The notes: a model not told the origin generated them from the letters alone. A DNA stretch of 64,000 bases from Octopus vulgaris (GCA_951406725.2 OX597819.1:30628001-30692000), one strand, 5' to 3'. Counted from the first letter of the stretch, positions 27,470-42,331 are shown. Translations and numbers: made by a program.

Positions 27470-29405
27470 ACCACCATCGCCACCATCACCAGTATCATCC
27501 CCCACCATCGCCACCATCACCAGTATCATCCCCACCATCGCCACCATCACCAGTATCATCCCCCACCATCGCCACCATCACCAGTATCATCCCCACCATC
27601 GCCACCATCACCAGTATCATCCCCACCATCGCCACCATCACCAGTATCATCCCCACCATCGCCACCATCACCAGTATCATCCCACACCATCACCAGTATT
27701 ATCACCACCATCGCCACCATCACCAGTATCATCCCCACCCTCACCAGTATCATCCCCACCATCGCCACCATCACCAGTATCATCCCACTATCGCCCTCAT
27801 CACCAGTATCATCCCCCATCATCGCCACCATCACCAGTATCATCCCCACCATCGCCACCATCACCAGTATCATCACCACCATCGCCACCATCACCAGTAT
27901 CATCCCTACCATCGCCACCATCACCAGTATCATCGCCACCATCGCCACCATCACCAGTATCATCCCCACCATCGCCCTGATTACCAGTATCATCCCCCAC
28001 CATCGCCACCATCACCAGTATCAACCCCACCATCACCACCATCACCAGTATCATCCCACCATCGCCCTCATCACCAGTATCATCCCCCACCATCGTCACC
28101 ATCACCAGTATCATCCCCACCATCGCCACCATCACCAGTATCATCCCCACCATCACCAGTATCATCCCCACCATCGCCACCATCACCAGTATCATCCCCC
28201 ACCATCGCCACCATCACCAGTATCATCCTTACCATCGCCACCATCACCAGTATCATCCCCACCATCGCCACCATCACCAGTATCATCCCCACCATCGCCA
28301 CCATCACCAGTATCATCCCCACCATCGCCACCATCACCAGTATCATCCCCACCATCGCCCTCATCACCAGTATCATCCCCCACCATCGCCACCATCACCA
28401 GTATCATCACCACCATCGCCACCATCACCAGTATCATCCCCACCATCGCCCTCATCACCAGTATCATCCCCCACCATCGCCACCATCACCAGTATCATCA
28501 CCACCATCGCCACCATCACCAGTATCATCCCCACCATCGCCACCATCACCAGTATCATCACCACCATCGCCACCATCACCAGTATCATCCCCACCATCGC
28601 CCTCATCACCAGTATCATCCCCCACCATCGCCACCATCACCAGTATCAACCCCACCATCGCCACCATCACCAGTATCATCCCCACCATCGCCACCATCAC
28701 CAGTATCATCATCACCATCGCCACCATCACCAGTATCATCCCCACCATCGCCACCATCGCTAGTATCATCCCCACCATCGCCACCATCACCAGTATCATC
28801 CCCACCATCGCCACCATCACCAGTATCATCCCCACCATCGCCCTCATCACCAGTATCATCCCCCACCATCGCCACCATCACCAGTATCATCACCACCATC
28901 GCCACCATCACCAGTATCAACCCCACCATCGCCACCATCACCAGTCTCATCCCCACCATCGCCCTCATCACCAGTATCATCCTCCACCATCGCCCTCATC
29001 ACCAGTATCATCCCCCACCATCGCCACCATCACCAGTATCATCCCCACCATCACCCTCATCACCAGTATCATCCCCCACCATCGCCACCATCACCAGTAT
29101 CATCACCACCATCGCCACCATCACCAGTATCATCCTTACCATCGCCACCATCACCAGTATCATCACCACCATCGCCACCATCACCAGTATCATCCCCACC
29201 ATCGCCACCATCACCAGTATCATCACCACCATCGCCACCATCACCAGTATCATCCCCACCATCGCCCTCATCACCAGTATCATCACCACCATCCCCACCA
29301 TCACCAGTATCATCCCCACCATCGCCCTCATCACCAGTATCATCCCCCACCATCGCCACCATCACCAGTATCATCCCCACCATCACCAGTATCATCCCCA
29401 CCATC
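27470..29405. repeat. 30-bp minisatellite CCCCACCATCGCCACCATCACCAGTATCAT, roughly 60 copies
   Basis: Direct inspection; frequent 31-nt and occasional shorter variants; flanked by (CAC/CAT)n. Confidence 0.97.
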
Positions 29406-30169
29406 TCAACCATCACCACCGTCACCACTACCATCTGCACCACCACCACCACCACCACCACCATCACTACCATCACTCCCACCGCTACCATCTCCAACTC
29501 CACTACTACGACCTCCACCACCGGCACCACCACCACCACCACCACCACTACCAGTACGTCCGTCGTTATCATCATCGTCGTCGTCATCGTCATCATCATC
29601 ATCAACATCATCATTTCCATCATCATCGTCATCATCACTACTATTTTCTTCCGTCTTTTTTCCTTCCTTCCTCACTTCTCTTCCTTGCCTTCATCTTCCT
29701 GTATTCTCCCTTCATCCTCTCATCCTCCCTCCCTCCGTCCCTATAACTACTTACCTTCCTACACATAACAAACACACACACACACACACACACTCACACA
29801 CACACACACACACACTCGCCACCCACTCATCCTCTGTTACACTACGCTATTCATAAACTCACCCCTCACACAGCCTTCCTCACTTCGCAGCGTACCTCCC
29901 TCATACTACATGTAACACCTTTCTCACAAACTTCACACTGTAATCGCCGCTCCCGCCAATCTCTTATCCCCACCTCAGCTACCTTTCTATATCTATGTCT
30001 GTCCTACTTAACTCTTAACAGAAAAACTCACCTAGTTTTGTCGCTGCTGTTATTTTTACATTTAATATGAAAAGTCTATCTTGCAACACATCCCACAACA
30101 TCCTTACAATAACATAATTACTCTATCTCTACATCTATCTATCTATCTTCCTCCCCCTGTCTGTCTCTC

Positions 30170-30757
<588 letters not shown>

Positions 30758-30875
30758 CACCTCTCTATTTCACTTTTTGTCTTTCTTTTTTCTTCCTCCC
30801 CTTCCTTTTTCTCTTTTATCAACTTTTCTCTCCCTCCTTATCTCTTTTTGTCTTTTACTTTAAAACTTTCTCTCA

Positions 30876-30915
<40 letters not shown>

Positions 30916-31183
30916 TTCCTTCTCTCTATCAGTGGCGTAATCTCAGTGAGGAAAAATCACAGCAAACTTGGGTAACGCTAGAATCGTGCAAACTACCAAG
31001 TGGTGCAGTTTTGTACTAACCAAAGATTATCATCTCAGATTATAAATCCCTACGGAGCCTTAATGTAATCGAAAGATCTAGGGTGAGGGAAAATGGGAGA
31101 GAAGACAAGAAACAGACAGACAGGCGGGCAGGCAGGCAGAGAGGCAGGCAGGCAGGCAGGCAGACAGGCAGACAGACAGATAT

Positions 31184-31408
31184 ATTTCTTTATTACCCAC
31201 AAGGGGCTAAACACAGAGGGGATAAACAAGGACAGACAAACGGATTAAGTCGATTACATCGACCCCAGTGCGTAACTGGTACTTAATTTATCGACCCCGA
31301 AAGGATGAAAGGCAAAGTCGACCTCGGCGGAATTTGAACTCAGAACGTAACGGCAGACGAAATACGGCTACGCATTTCGCCCGGCGTGCTAACGATTCTG
31401 CCAGCTCG
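31184..31408 (-). mobile_element. SINE family B, near full length
   Basis: Head GAGCTGGCAGAATCGTTAGCAC, B-box GAGTTCAAATTCC, core, first tail type. Confidence 0.9.
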
Positions 31409-31637
31409 ACAGGCAGATAGATAGAAAGGCAGGCGTGCAGGCAAACAGGCAGGCATGCAGGCAGACAGACAGGCAGGCATGCAGGCAGACAGGCTGACAA
31501 ATAGATAGATAAATTGATAGACAAGACAGACAGACAGACAAACAAACAAACAAACAAAGAGAAGAAACTCGTGTGTAATTCACTATGTAAATATGATATT
31601 TAGGGCACAGCCGCTGTTCGTTGTAAAAAAAAAAGTA

Positions 31638-32160
31638 CCGCAAATCCTCAAGTATAATCCGCATTTTTTCCCCAAAATTTAAAGGTCAAAATCCATAGTG
31701 CGTACTATATACGAAGTTAAAAATGAAAATTATTTTCTAAGTTATGTCTAAGTCTCTATTTGCTGTCCGGCAATGTTTATTCAGACGCATTTTGTGATAT
31801 CAGGCGCGAAAATATCTTAAGCTAAGCCTGAAAGCAATGAAGTCATAAAAGAATCATCCATAACTTGCTGTAAGCAACATTTATTAAACGTTATTACCGT
31901 TATTTCTTTATTTTCTGCAAACAAAATGCACAAAAAAGCTACACGTTTGCATTATGTTATATATATATAATAATAATAATAATAATAAAGGATGTTACCG
32001 CATACATTTTTACAAACCAAAGACATTACATAGAGCTCCTTGACTCGAGTTAGAGAAGGGGTGCATATTATACACAAGGTTTAGGTTTTTCAGATGTACA
32101 GCCCCCTAAAAATCCCCTACGTATTATACTCAAGGGCGGACTATACTCGAGGATTTACAG
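31638..32160. mobile_element. MITE (pogo/Tigger-type, TA TSD)
   Basis: TIRs CCGCAAATCCTCAAGTATAATCCGC / GCGGACTATACTCGAGGATTTACAG, flanked by TA. Confidence 0.8.
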
Positions 32161-32559
32161 TACTTTTCAACAAGTCAGTATGTGTTTGTGTGTGCGCGGA
32201 TCCTTGAAGAAGAACCACGACCGTGGATTGGAAGTGTCGTCGGAGCGTCGGACAAAATTCTTTGCGGTATTCCTACCAGCTCTTTAAGATCTGAGTCTAA
32301 ATCCCGTCGAGGGCAACTTTGCTTTTCATCCTTTCGGAGTCGGTAAAATGAAGTACTAATAAAGTATTGAGGTCGACTTAATCAACTAGACCCCGCCCCT
32401 CAAAAATTGTTATCCTTGTGTCTAAATTTGAAATTATCATATGCTTGGATTGGAGATGGTGCTCATATCATTGTATCTGAGGAGGAAATTGGATTTTGAT
32501 CTCAGCTCATGAAGAGGCATTCTCAAATCGGAGGCTTTTGAGAAAAGAAAATTATTATA

Positions 32560-32990
32560 TAGGCGCAGGAGTGGCTATGTGGTAAGTAGCTTGCTTGCTT
32601 ACCAACCACATGGTTCCGGGTTCAGTCCCACTGCGTGGCACCTTGGGCAAGTGTCTTCTACTATAGACTCGGGCCGACCAAAGCCTTGTGAGTGGATTTG
32701 GTAGACAGAAACTGAAAGAAGCCCGTCGTATATATGTATATGTTTATATGTGTGTGAGTGTGTATACGTTTGTGTGTCTGTGTTTGTCACCCCACCCCAC
32801 CAACATCGTTTGACAACCGATGGTGAATTTTTTACGCCCCCGTAACTTAGCGGTTCGGCAAAAGAGACCGACAGAATAAGCACTAGGCTTCCAAAGAATA
32901 AGTCCTGGGTCGATTTTTGCTCGACTAAAGGCGGTGCTGCAGCATGGCCGCAGTCAGATAACTGAAACAAGTAAAAAGAGATAAAAGAGA
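32560..32990 (+). mobile_element. SINE family A, full length
   Basis: GGCGCAGGAGTGGCTATGTGG...GGTTCAGTCCC...CCTTGGGCAAG...GAAACAAGTAAAAGAG. Confidence 0.9.
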
Positions 32991-33359
32991 GAGATATCTT
33001 ATTGAAGAGTGTTCATTTCGACTTTAACGTAAGAACAGATGATAGAGGAAGGCTTTTCAGGGTGCTGTGATTCTTAGCATGAAAACTTCTATGTAATGTT
33101 CGGCAGCAGGGTTTGAGAATGAAGACAAGGTTCAATTAGTAGTAAAAGCATGGTGATGAATGAAACAGATGTGGCAGGGAATTGTGTGAGGGTGAATTGT
33201 TACCAGTAAGTACTGAAGATCAAGGTATATTTTGACAGTGACCTAAGTAGAGAACAACGCATGGCAGTGCGAAAGTTAGTCATCGATTCTAATATTAACC
33301 CCTGACACATCAAGTTATCTTAACTGATACAGCTAGACGTTGGGTACCACCCTAGACGC

Positions 33360-33920
33360 ATTTTGCTCCCAGCCATCGTTACAGGTCTCTGTTCTCTGTC
33401 ATGCGTTCTCTGTTCTCTGCCATGCGTAGCAGGGTTGCGGTGTTCTGACCTGTCCAATCCTTGATGTTATCAGACCAGGATTTTCTCTGTCTAGCTCTTT
33501 TTCACCTCCCTCAACTGTACCCTGAAGGATAGTTTGGGACAGTGAGTTGTGGTGGGATACGTGACCATACCAAGCAAGCTTCCATCTTTTTACCTGCACA
33601 AGGAGTGGTTCCTCTCTGCCAGCAATTTTGTAACTTGTTGCTTGACAAAGCTGTTCGTTTTGTGCTCTGTGTACGGGATGTGTAACAGACTTCTGAAGCA
33701 CTTGTGCTCAAATGTCTGGATTCTTCCTTCCATGTCAGCTGTAAGATTCCAGCTCTCACACGTGTACAGAAAGCTCCAAGTTGCCTGAGACTTGTACACT
33801 TCCGGTCATGTTAGCAAATTAATGGAATTGCTTTTCCATAAGGTATCCAACTTCGTCATGGTAACAGAGGCTGAAGTGGGGCTTGTTCTTAACCCTTTTT
33901 GAGATCTGTTGTCCATGGTC
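33360..33920 (-). mobile_element. RTE-clade LINE 3' fragment
   Basis: FLYTCESWNLT...RIQTFEHKCFR.LL.I.Y.EHKTN; VKRWKLAWYGHVS.H..LSQTILQGTVEG. Confidence 0.88.
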
Positions 33921-34149
33921 AAATGCCATAATAGACACGAAGTCAAGATTTTACTTATCTAATTTTTTTAAAACGTCAGCGTTTTGGTGGTAGAGGGGGT
34001 TCCCACACTTCGACCGGTATCTTCCTGATAAAACTTGTTCCACCTAATGGCCTCTTCCTCTCTTATTCTTCCCTATTACTTATATTGTCGCACTCACTAT
34101 TACTCCCAATCTATTTATTACCACCACCTCTAGTAAGCATTTAATATCT

Positions 34150-34184
34150 CTCTCTGACGAAGAATTCTATCCGAAACGTCAGAG
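34150..34184 (+). ncRNA. Minimal hammerhead ribozyme motif (canonical core, GUC site)
   Basis: ctct-CTGACGA-A-GAAT-tct-ATCC-GAAA-CG-TC-agag; one mismatch in stem II. Confidence 0.78.
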
Positions 34185-34719
34185 TTATCTTCTTTATCGC
34201 GGCAAAATGATATATTCCATTTGGACTTTTTACGTCAATCAAGTTGAATGACTTTTTTTCCTATATGCGGTCGAGGATACGAGATAGAAAAATCTGAGTC
34301 AACTCAGATATAAAAAAAACTGTAGTCCATCGTTGCTCTGAGTTAATATTTTTCATGATCTTGAAGAGAAACAACTCACTTCCTGCATTGAAGACATCTC
34401 TCTTAATTCACCTCTCTCTTAGTTCGCCGTACCTAGAGACTTCAATTTACACAACCCCTACTGGCTCTCGCAGGCCATCATCACTGGCGCTGCTGGAACA
34501 GAAACCAAATCATTTACCACCCACGATTCTCAGCACCAGTTCGTAAGTATCCACACCTGCCCGTATGCTTACACAAGTTAGTTTTCACACTGACCCGTAT
34601 GTCTGCATCAATTATAATCAACTCCTACCATATTCCTAATACACACAACATACTGAATAACCTTGATTTATTTCTCACCTCCAAACCTAACCTTTATTCA
34701 TGCATTACTGTCTCTCAGT

Positions 34720-35053
34720 GAAGGCGCGTGGCTCAGTTGTTAGAGCGTCGAGCTTACGATCGTGAGGTTGTGAGCTCGAATCCCGGACCGGGCTGCGTGT
34801 TGTGTTCTTGAGCAAGACACTGTATTTCACGTTGCTCCAGCTCACTCAGCTGTAGAAATGAGTTGCGACGTCACAGGTGCCAAGCTGTATCGGCCCTTGC
34901 CTTTCCCTTGGACAACATCGGTGACGTGGAGAGGGGAGGCCGGTATGCATGGGCGACTGCTGGTCTTCCATAAAACAACCTTGCCCAGACTTGTACCTCA
35001 GAGGGTAACTCTCTAGGTGCAATCCCATGGTCAGTGTCTGACCGAAGGGGGTC
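34720..35053 (+). mobile_element. SINE family D (tRNA head, CORE/V-like central domain)
   Basis: GGCGCGTGGCTCAGTTGTTAGAGCG...GCTCGAATCCC, TGTGTTCTTGAGCAAGACAC...CAGCTGTAGAAATG; a head-plus-tail-only derivative at 46021..46108 (-). Confidence 0.82.
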
Positions 35054-35757
35054 ACACTCACACTGTCTCTCAATCCATTGTAACACCTGAGTACTGCCTA
35101 ATGAAGCCAACACATCACACCTCTTCCTATTGCTTCCTTCATACAATACGCGCAACCTAAACAGTCTTCTAAGTCAGCTCATTAACGGATGAGGAATCTT
35201 CTTGTTTTATTCGACTACCCCCACCTACCCCGAGAGCAAATATGTTATATACCAGAGTCACATGAAGCGACAAAGAGCTGACCGAAACCATTCTCCTAAA
35301 CATTACTCGCATAACCAAACTACGTAACTCCAAAATGCTGCGGCATTATAAGCAATGAACACTGCCTGCAACTCTTTCATCACAATGCCAATAAAATTTG
35401 TTAGAAAATAAAATCTTTTATGCAATGCAAAAATCTGAAAGCTTTTCCGAAAGTTCTGGAAGCTGTCAAGAGAATTTTTATCAACTTTGCAGTAACCTCC
35501 TACCTACAATTCTTTAACAAAGATGCCTCAGTCTGTAGCATATCCGTTGAAAAATGTTCCATTTGTTTGCTTGTTGCTTTGCCCTCAACTCCATATTGCA
35601 AACACTCAACAAAACTCCTCTGAAACTTTTCTTAGTCTTGTCCATTACGTAGAATCAGTTGCAAAGTACGAAATATGACTGGTTTTGACGAACTCCCTTC
35701 AGTCACCACTAAACAATGCACTTCAGAACTAGCTCCTGTCCCCGCTAAATTCTTCAC

Positions 35758-35823
<66 letters not shown>

Positions 35824-35901
35824 TCTCTCTCCCTCTCTCTAACTCTATCTAACTATCTATCTCCCTCTTTCTCTCTCTCACTCGCTTTCTCTTTTTTATG
35901 C

Positions 35902-35949
<48 letters not shown>

Positions 35950-35977
35950 CATGTATATGTATATGTATAAATATATG

Positions 35978-36055
<78 letters not shown>

Positions 36056-36062
<7 letters not shown>

Positions 36063-36170
36063 ATCACGTGACCGACCAGACCATCAGATGTTGCTACACA
36101 TCGCTGGTCACAATGCGTTCGCATTGTTTTAGTCTTCGAATGACGCCACCCCGCTGGCTAAGCGAGCAGG

Positions 36171-36172
<2 letters not shown>
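36056..36172. repeat. Short GC-rich structured island between (TA)n tracts; probable retroelement 3' end with (CACGTGAT)n tail
   Basis: CACGTGATCACGTG; hairpins GACCAG..GATGT..ACATC.CTGGTC and ACAATGCG-TT-CGCATTGT. Confidence 0.45.
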
Positions 36173-36234
<62 letters not shown>

Positions 36235-36587
36235 GGTACTTAGTTGTGCCATTTATTTACTAATCTATATATATCTATATATATATATATATATAATAAT
36301 AATGATAATAATAATAAAGGGTAAAATTAATTAATCAATTAATTAATAATTTTACCAATTAGTTCGGTATGTTAAAAGAACCATTATCGGTAAACTTATA
36401 CAAAAATTCTATAATTATGAGCATAATTATAATTTAGGCTCAGCAAAATTTGCTTCACCACATACCGAAATTTAGAAATGCCAGTTAAAATACTATTCTA
36501 CTACCATAAGATATTTCCCAGACAGCAATTCTCTACAACTCACGCCGGTAAAGAGAAAAACATAACGAATCCACCCGGCTTTGATTA

Positions 36588-36671
36588 ACTGTATACGCGT
36601 TTCGGGGTTAAAGAGATGTAAAAAGATGTAAAATCATATTTCTACTCACTTATTCCCTTCCTCAGTACAGT
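36588..36671 (-). ncRNA. Type-I hammerhead ribozyme (canonical core), minus-strand twin
   Basis: Reverse complement of 36827..36910 with one loop substitution. Confidence 0.82.
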
Positions 36672-36826
36672 ATTTCAAATTTTTAATTTGAGAGCACTGG
36701 CAATTAACATACGTACTCGACCAAGCGCCATCAAATAGCATATATCCAAAAAAAAACAGCTATTCAATGGCGCTTGGTCGAGTACGTATGTTAATTGCCA
36801 GTGCTCTCAAATTAAAAATTTGAAAT

Positions 36827-36910
36827 ACTGTACTGAGGAAGGGAATAAGTGAGTAGAAATATGATTTTACATCTTTTTACATCTCTTTAGCCCCGAAACG
36901 CGTATACAGT
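36827..36910 (+). ncRNA. Type-I hammerhead ribozyme (canonical core, palindromic stem III, GUA site)
   Basis: actgta-CTGAGGA-A-GGG-(about 48-nt loop)-CCC-GAAA-CGCG-TA-tacagt; perfect 6-bp stem I. Confidence 0.85.
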
Positions 36911-37064
36911 TAATCAAAGCCGGGTGGATTCTCTTTATCTGCGTGAGTTGTATGGGAGATATCTTATGGTAGGAGAATAATATCTTAACTGCTATTTCTA
37001 AATTTCGGTATGCAGTGAAGCAAATTTTGATGAACTCCAATTATAATTATGCTCATAATTATAG

Positions 37065-37119
<55 letters not shown>

Positions 37120-37368
37120 TGAAAGTCTTTGTGAAAATTATTTACTACAGTTTTAAGTGTAAAGGGATTTTTCTTTTAATTCCTTTTTTTAAAAAGTTAT
37201 AAAATCTTTTTACAGAATGCCACTAACCGTTTTAGAAGAAAAATTTTTCCTAGTGTGTATGAGCGCTTTCGATTAATCTTTTCAAACAAATGCTCTTGGA
37301 TTTTATAAATATATATGAATAAGGCTTCAACAAGTATAATAGCACTCGATCAGCTAAGACACACACAC

Positions 37369-37491
<123 letters not shown>

Positions 37492-38178
37492 CGCTTTGAT
37501 TTTCTCATCAGTTGGTTTCCGAGACGTCTTAGTGGTTTCGCGCTATTTAACACCAAGACCAATGTTATCAACGGGAGCGCCAGGGCATAAAGCTACAGAA
37601 AAAGGCTGACGAATGTGTGATAGGACAGGACAAAATAACATTGCGTCTACAATAAGAAACAATGTCAATATGTTGCAGACAAAGAATGGTACATATGCAA
37701 TATGTATATATGTATGTCCAGCCCAGTCTTTAAAAACGCGTTACAGTGCGTCCCGTGACCAAAGTAACCCCTCTGGTCCAGCAAACCACCGAGCTATTGC
37801 AGTCACTTCTAGCATCTTCTTGGTGATATAAATAATTGTCACCAATCACCTCTTTTGCCACCTTGAGTTTCGTTCCCTTCTGGGTGGCCAAGATCTACAG
37901 GCACTTTTCTTTTGTTTGTCACCGACGAAAGCAATAATTTCATTTGACATCAGTAAAGCCTCCTAACGTTTCTGACAAGAGATTCTCCTAACTTTGTTCA
38001 CCTATGGAATTCATTCTGCCCTCATTTTATTTTTATTTTTTTATTTTTTACTTTCTATACACTTCTCTCTAAATTTACATTGAACCCATGTACAGATACA
38101 TTCAAAGAATCACTAAACGTGGGACAAGAAAATATTGTGTCTTTCAATCGTGTAAACGCTCAATCTTCTGTGTGTGCA

Positions 38179-38239
<61 letters not shown>

Positions 38240-38539
38240 GTGTGTGTGTGCGTGTGCGTGTGTGCATACAAATATAGCCCTAGGTACGGCAATGTGATTA
38301 AGAACCTTGCTTCGCAATTACGAGGTGATATGTTCGATTGCACTTCATGGTAGCTTGGGCAAGTATCTTCCGTCAGCATTTCGAGTCGACATATGCATCG
38401 CGACAGGGACTGGATAGATTGTACCTGTTAGTCAAAGGGATATACTTGTTACTCACTGTTTCGCAATGATTAAGGTAAAGAATTACATGTCTATGGAATG
38501 CTAAATGCACTTATACTATAACATTATAAGTAGACAGTT

Positions 38540-39140
38540 TAAGGTAGTAAGCTGGCAGAATCGTTAACACGCCGAGCGAAATACTTAGCGGCATTTTATC
38601 CGTCTTTACGGTTTGAGTTCAAATTCCGTAGAGTAGTAAAATAAATATCAGTTGAGCACTGAGGTCGATTTAATCGACTTAGCCCTTCCCTCAAAATTGC
38701 AGGTTTTGTGCCAAAAATTTGAAAACAACGTTATGAGTAGACAGTTCAAGGCAGCGAACTGGGAGAACCGTTAGCACGCCGGGCGAAATGCTGAGCGGTA
38801 TTTCGTCTGCCGCTACGTTCTGAGTTCAAATTCTGCCGAGGTCGACTTTGCCTTTCATCTTTCGGGGTCAATTAAATAAGTACCAGTTACGCACTGGGGT
38901 CGATATAATCGACTTAATACCTATGTCTGTCCTTGTTTGTCCTCTCTGTTTAGCCCCTTTTTGGTAGTAAAGAAATGGGTATTTCGTCCCTCTTTACGTT
39001 CTAAGTTCATATTCCGCTGGGGTCGACTTTGCCTTTCGTCCTTTTGAAACCGATAAAATAAGTGACTGTTGTGAACTGGGTTCGATATCATCGACTAGCC
39101 CCTTTCCCCAAAATTTCAGACATTGTGCCTATAATAGAAA
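38540..39140 (+). mobile_element. Cluster of SINE B copies (one monomer plus one composite dimer)
   Basis: Three core units; AGTAGACAGTT at 38529, 38736 and 39149. Confidence 0.85.
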
Positions 39141-40434
39141 TGTTTACGAGTAGACAGTTAAGTTGCTTGAACTCCTAGAGTATTCATAGATGAATTCATA
39201 CGTACATCGTCAAACGCTTGCAAATGAACATTAGTGTTGTGTATATCTTTGGTCAAACTCTCTTGGAAGTCGAAGCAGATATCTAAACACTTCATCAAAG
39301 TTTGTCTTGTTTTAAAACTCGAAGTATGTAAACCAGTGTCTAATCAAACTGTATTTATGAATGAGAAAATATGTTTGCATGTACATATGTGTATTAAGTG
39401 TTATAGAAAGGGAGAGGTAGGATGTGTGTACCATCTTAAGAGTTCACCTTCGTGTTATGTTCTAGCTTAAACACTCAATGTCACACGGAAGATGTGTAAA
39501 TTTCCAAGACTCTGAACATCGTCTTTTAAACAAAGCAAGTAATCTTCAATACTGAAATGTTCCTATTGCTTGCAACGATTGCATACATGTTAGCAAATCC
39601 TACTTGCAACGTAATAAACTCTACTTGCAATATATGAATGACATGCAAAGAATTAGTGGAGGCAGATGCGCTGAGAAAAAGGTTCGTGCATCTAGTTTCG
39701 GCGAGGTGAATATAGCTTTATTGCTATATATGCTTTAGTGAATATATGCTTTATTGGCATTTTATATTATCAACCCCTAGAAAGATGGCAGGCAAAATCG
39801 ACCGAGGGAAGATTCAACCCAGAATGTAAACGTCCGTAACTACAAGGCCTTTTGTCCAACATTCAACCAATTTTCCGATCCACTGCTTATGACATTGATG
39901 TCACACTGACTGCGGACTAAGGAACAGTTTCATCATTGATAGTTCATTGTCGTTGTATATATATAGAGAAGAGATTGTCCTCCAGGATTTATTTATATCA
40001 CACAACAAAACCTTCACAACGATTCCTCTATACTCCTTTTATGATATCATTTTCGAGTAAATATTAATCCAGTGCTTCTGTGTTCACAACAAAAAGCACA
40101 CTGTAGTGTCGTGGTGAAACAATAAACCATCTGTCAAGGCTGTCTACAATGGAAAGTAATCATATACGCATCAGTTGGTTCTTAATTTTGCTGTATGCAA
40201 CCGTGAAGCCTATTACACCCACACACACACATACGCACACACACACATACGCACACATACGCACACACACACGCACGCATTTACACACCCACACACACCC
40301 ACACACACACGCACACACGCACGCACGCACACAATGAATATCACTGTGCACACAGAAAACATTCAATGATATACAATAATACACATCTTGACGTTTCGCG
40401 TTTGCAACTTGGATAAACACGACAATTGTCACAG

Positions 40435-40475
<41 letters not shown>

Positions 40476-41348
40476 TTTATCAACAGCTGAAAGCAGTAAT
40501 TACACGTGTCCTTCAGAATGTTGAGGACAACTGCTGCAATGTACCACCGATTTTCTCCTGGACAATGAGAATTAGTCAAATAAAGTGGCAATCTGTGCTT
40601 TGATTGCCGGATAAAAGTGCTGCTACCACCTTGCCACTAACTTTAATTTTCTGTCCCTGATATTATCACATTCAATTCACCAGCTAAGATTCACAGAACT
40701 AAATATATGCACCGACTTCCAGGTGAACATTAACTTGGTTAAAACTCGACTTAAACGAGTAATTGTAACTAATGAATTGCCCTGAAAACTAATGATAAGT
40801 TGGTTGTTTATTTTCTCGGTGAATTGTTATGTTTATTTCGGCCAATGTCAAGCTGAGGACACTGCTCACATTTCTTGGTATTTTTATAACAGAAATCCCA
40901 GCAATCCATTTTCTTACTGTCATCTTTACTTCAACAGCCGGATATTATTTATTTATTTATTTATTGTTGAAGTTTTGAGTCATTTTGCTCTACTTTTCTT
41001 TTTCTTTCCTTTTTTTTTTTTTTTTTGTTCTCTCTCTCTAATGAGTAATTTTAATGGTTACCAGTGTACCAGAGCAAGGATTTTATTGTGAAATAAGAAC
41101 TAAATGATTTCGTTAATCAATTAAATAAATTTCAGAGTTCTTTTGCAGAAAGACATATTTCATTTTTAAATCCATTTTTAGAAGTTTCATAATATTTTTT
41201 AAAAATATATTTCAATATAAAATATTTCTCTTAAACATGTCTTCAGAACCTGATCTTACGAAATACGATGAACAAGTTTGAAATATTTTGACCTGGTACA
41301 CAGCCTAACTTCAACAATATAGAATCAACCAACGATCCTTCTGCTTTC

Positions 41349-41443
<95 letters not shown>

Positions 41444-41444
41444 T

Positions 41445-42102
<658 letters not shown>

Positions 42103-42293
42103 GTATATATATGTATGTATGTATGTTTATACCAAGAATTCACAACGACCTGACCTCGAACACACAAGTGCAAACAAGAGAGACAGAGAAAGGCAAAAAC
42201 AAGGAAAATGCCACTTATATTTGAACACTATACATATATTCCTTTAAAAAGACTTTTCTTTTAATTTTTCTAAATTTAATTATTTAATCGTTA

Positions 42294-42331
42294 CAGTTGA
42301 AAAGGTCTCAAAATGACCGAAACCGGTACTG
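42294..42331 (+). ncRNA. Decayed hammerhead motif
   Basis: cag-TTGAAAA-GGTC-tcaaaat-GACC-GAAA-CCGG-TA-ctg; two core substitutions, intact stems. Confidence 0.55.

Larger units (their letters stand above)
36405..37068. repeat. Long inverted repeat of two head-to-head hammerhead-bearing (pLTR-like) units
   Basis: Arms 36405..36739 and 36759..37068 with a 19-nt spacer; inner 165 bp (36567-36731 vs 36767-36931) differ by one base. Confidence 0.93.

Noticed and set aside
27470-29405. CRISPR-like 30-bp periodicity
   Set aside because: Head-to-tail repeats with no unique spacers, no cas genes and a eukaryotic context.
27091-29856. 921-aa and 779-aa ORFs (His/Pro/Thr-rich)
   Set aside because: They arise from a stop-free 30-bp minisatellite and trinucleotide flanks; +1 unit variants switch the peptide register repeatedly, unlike a conserved coding repeat.
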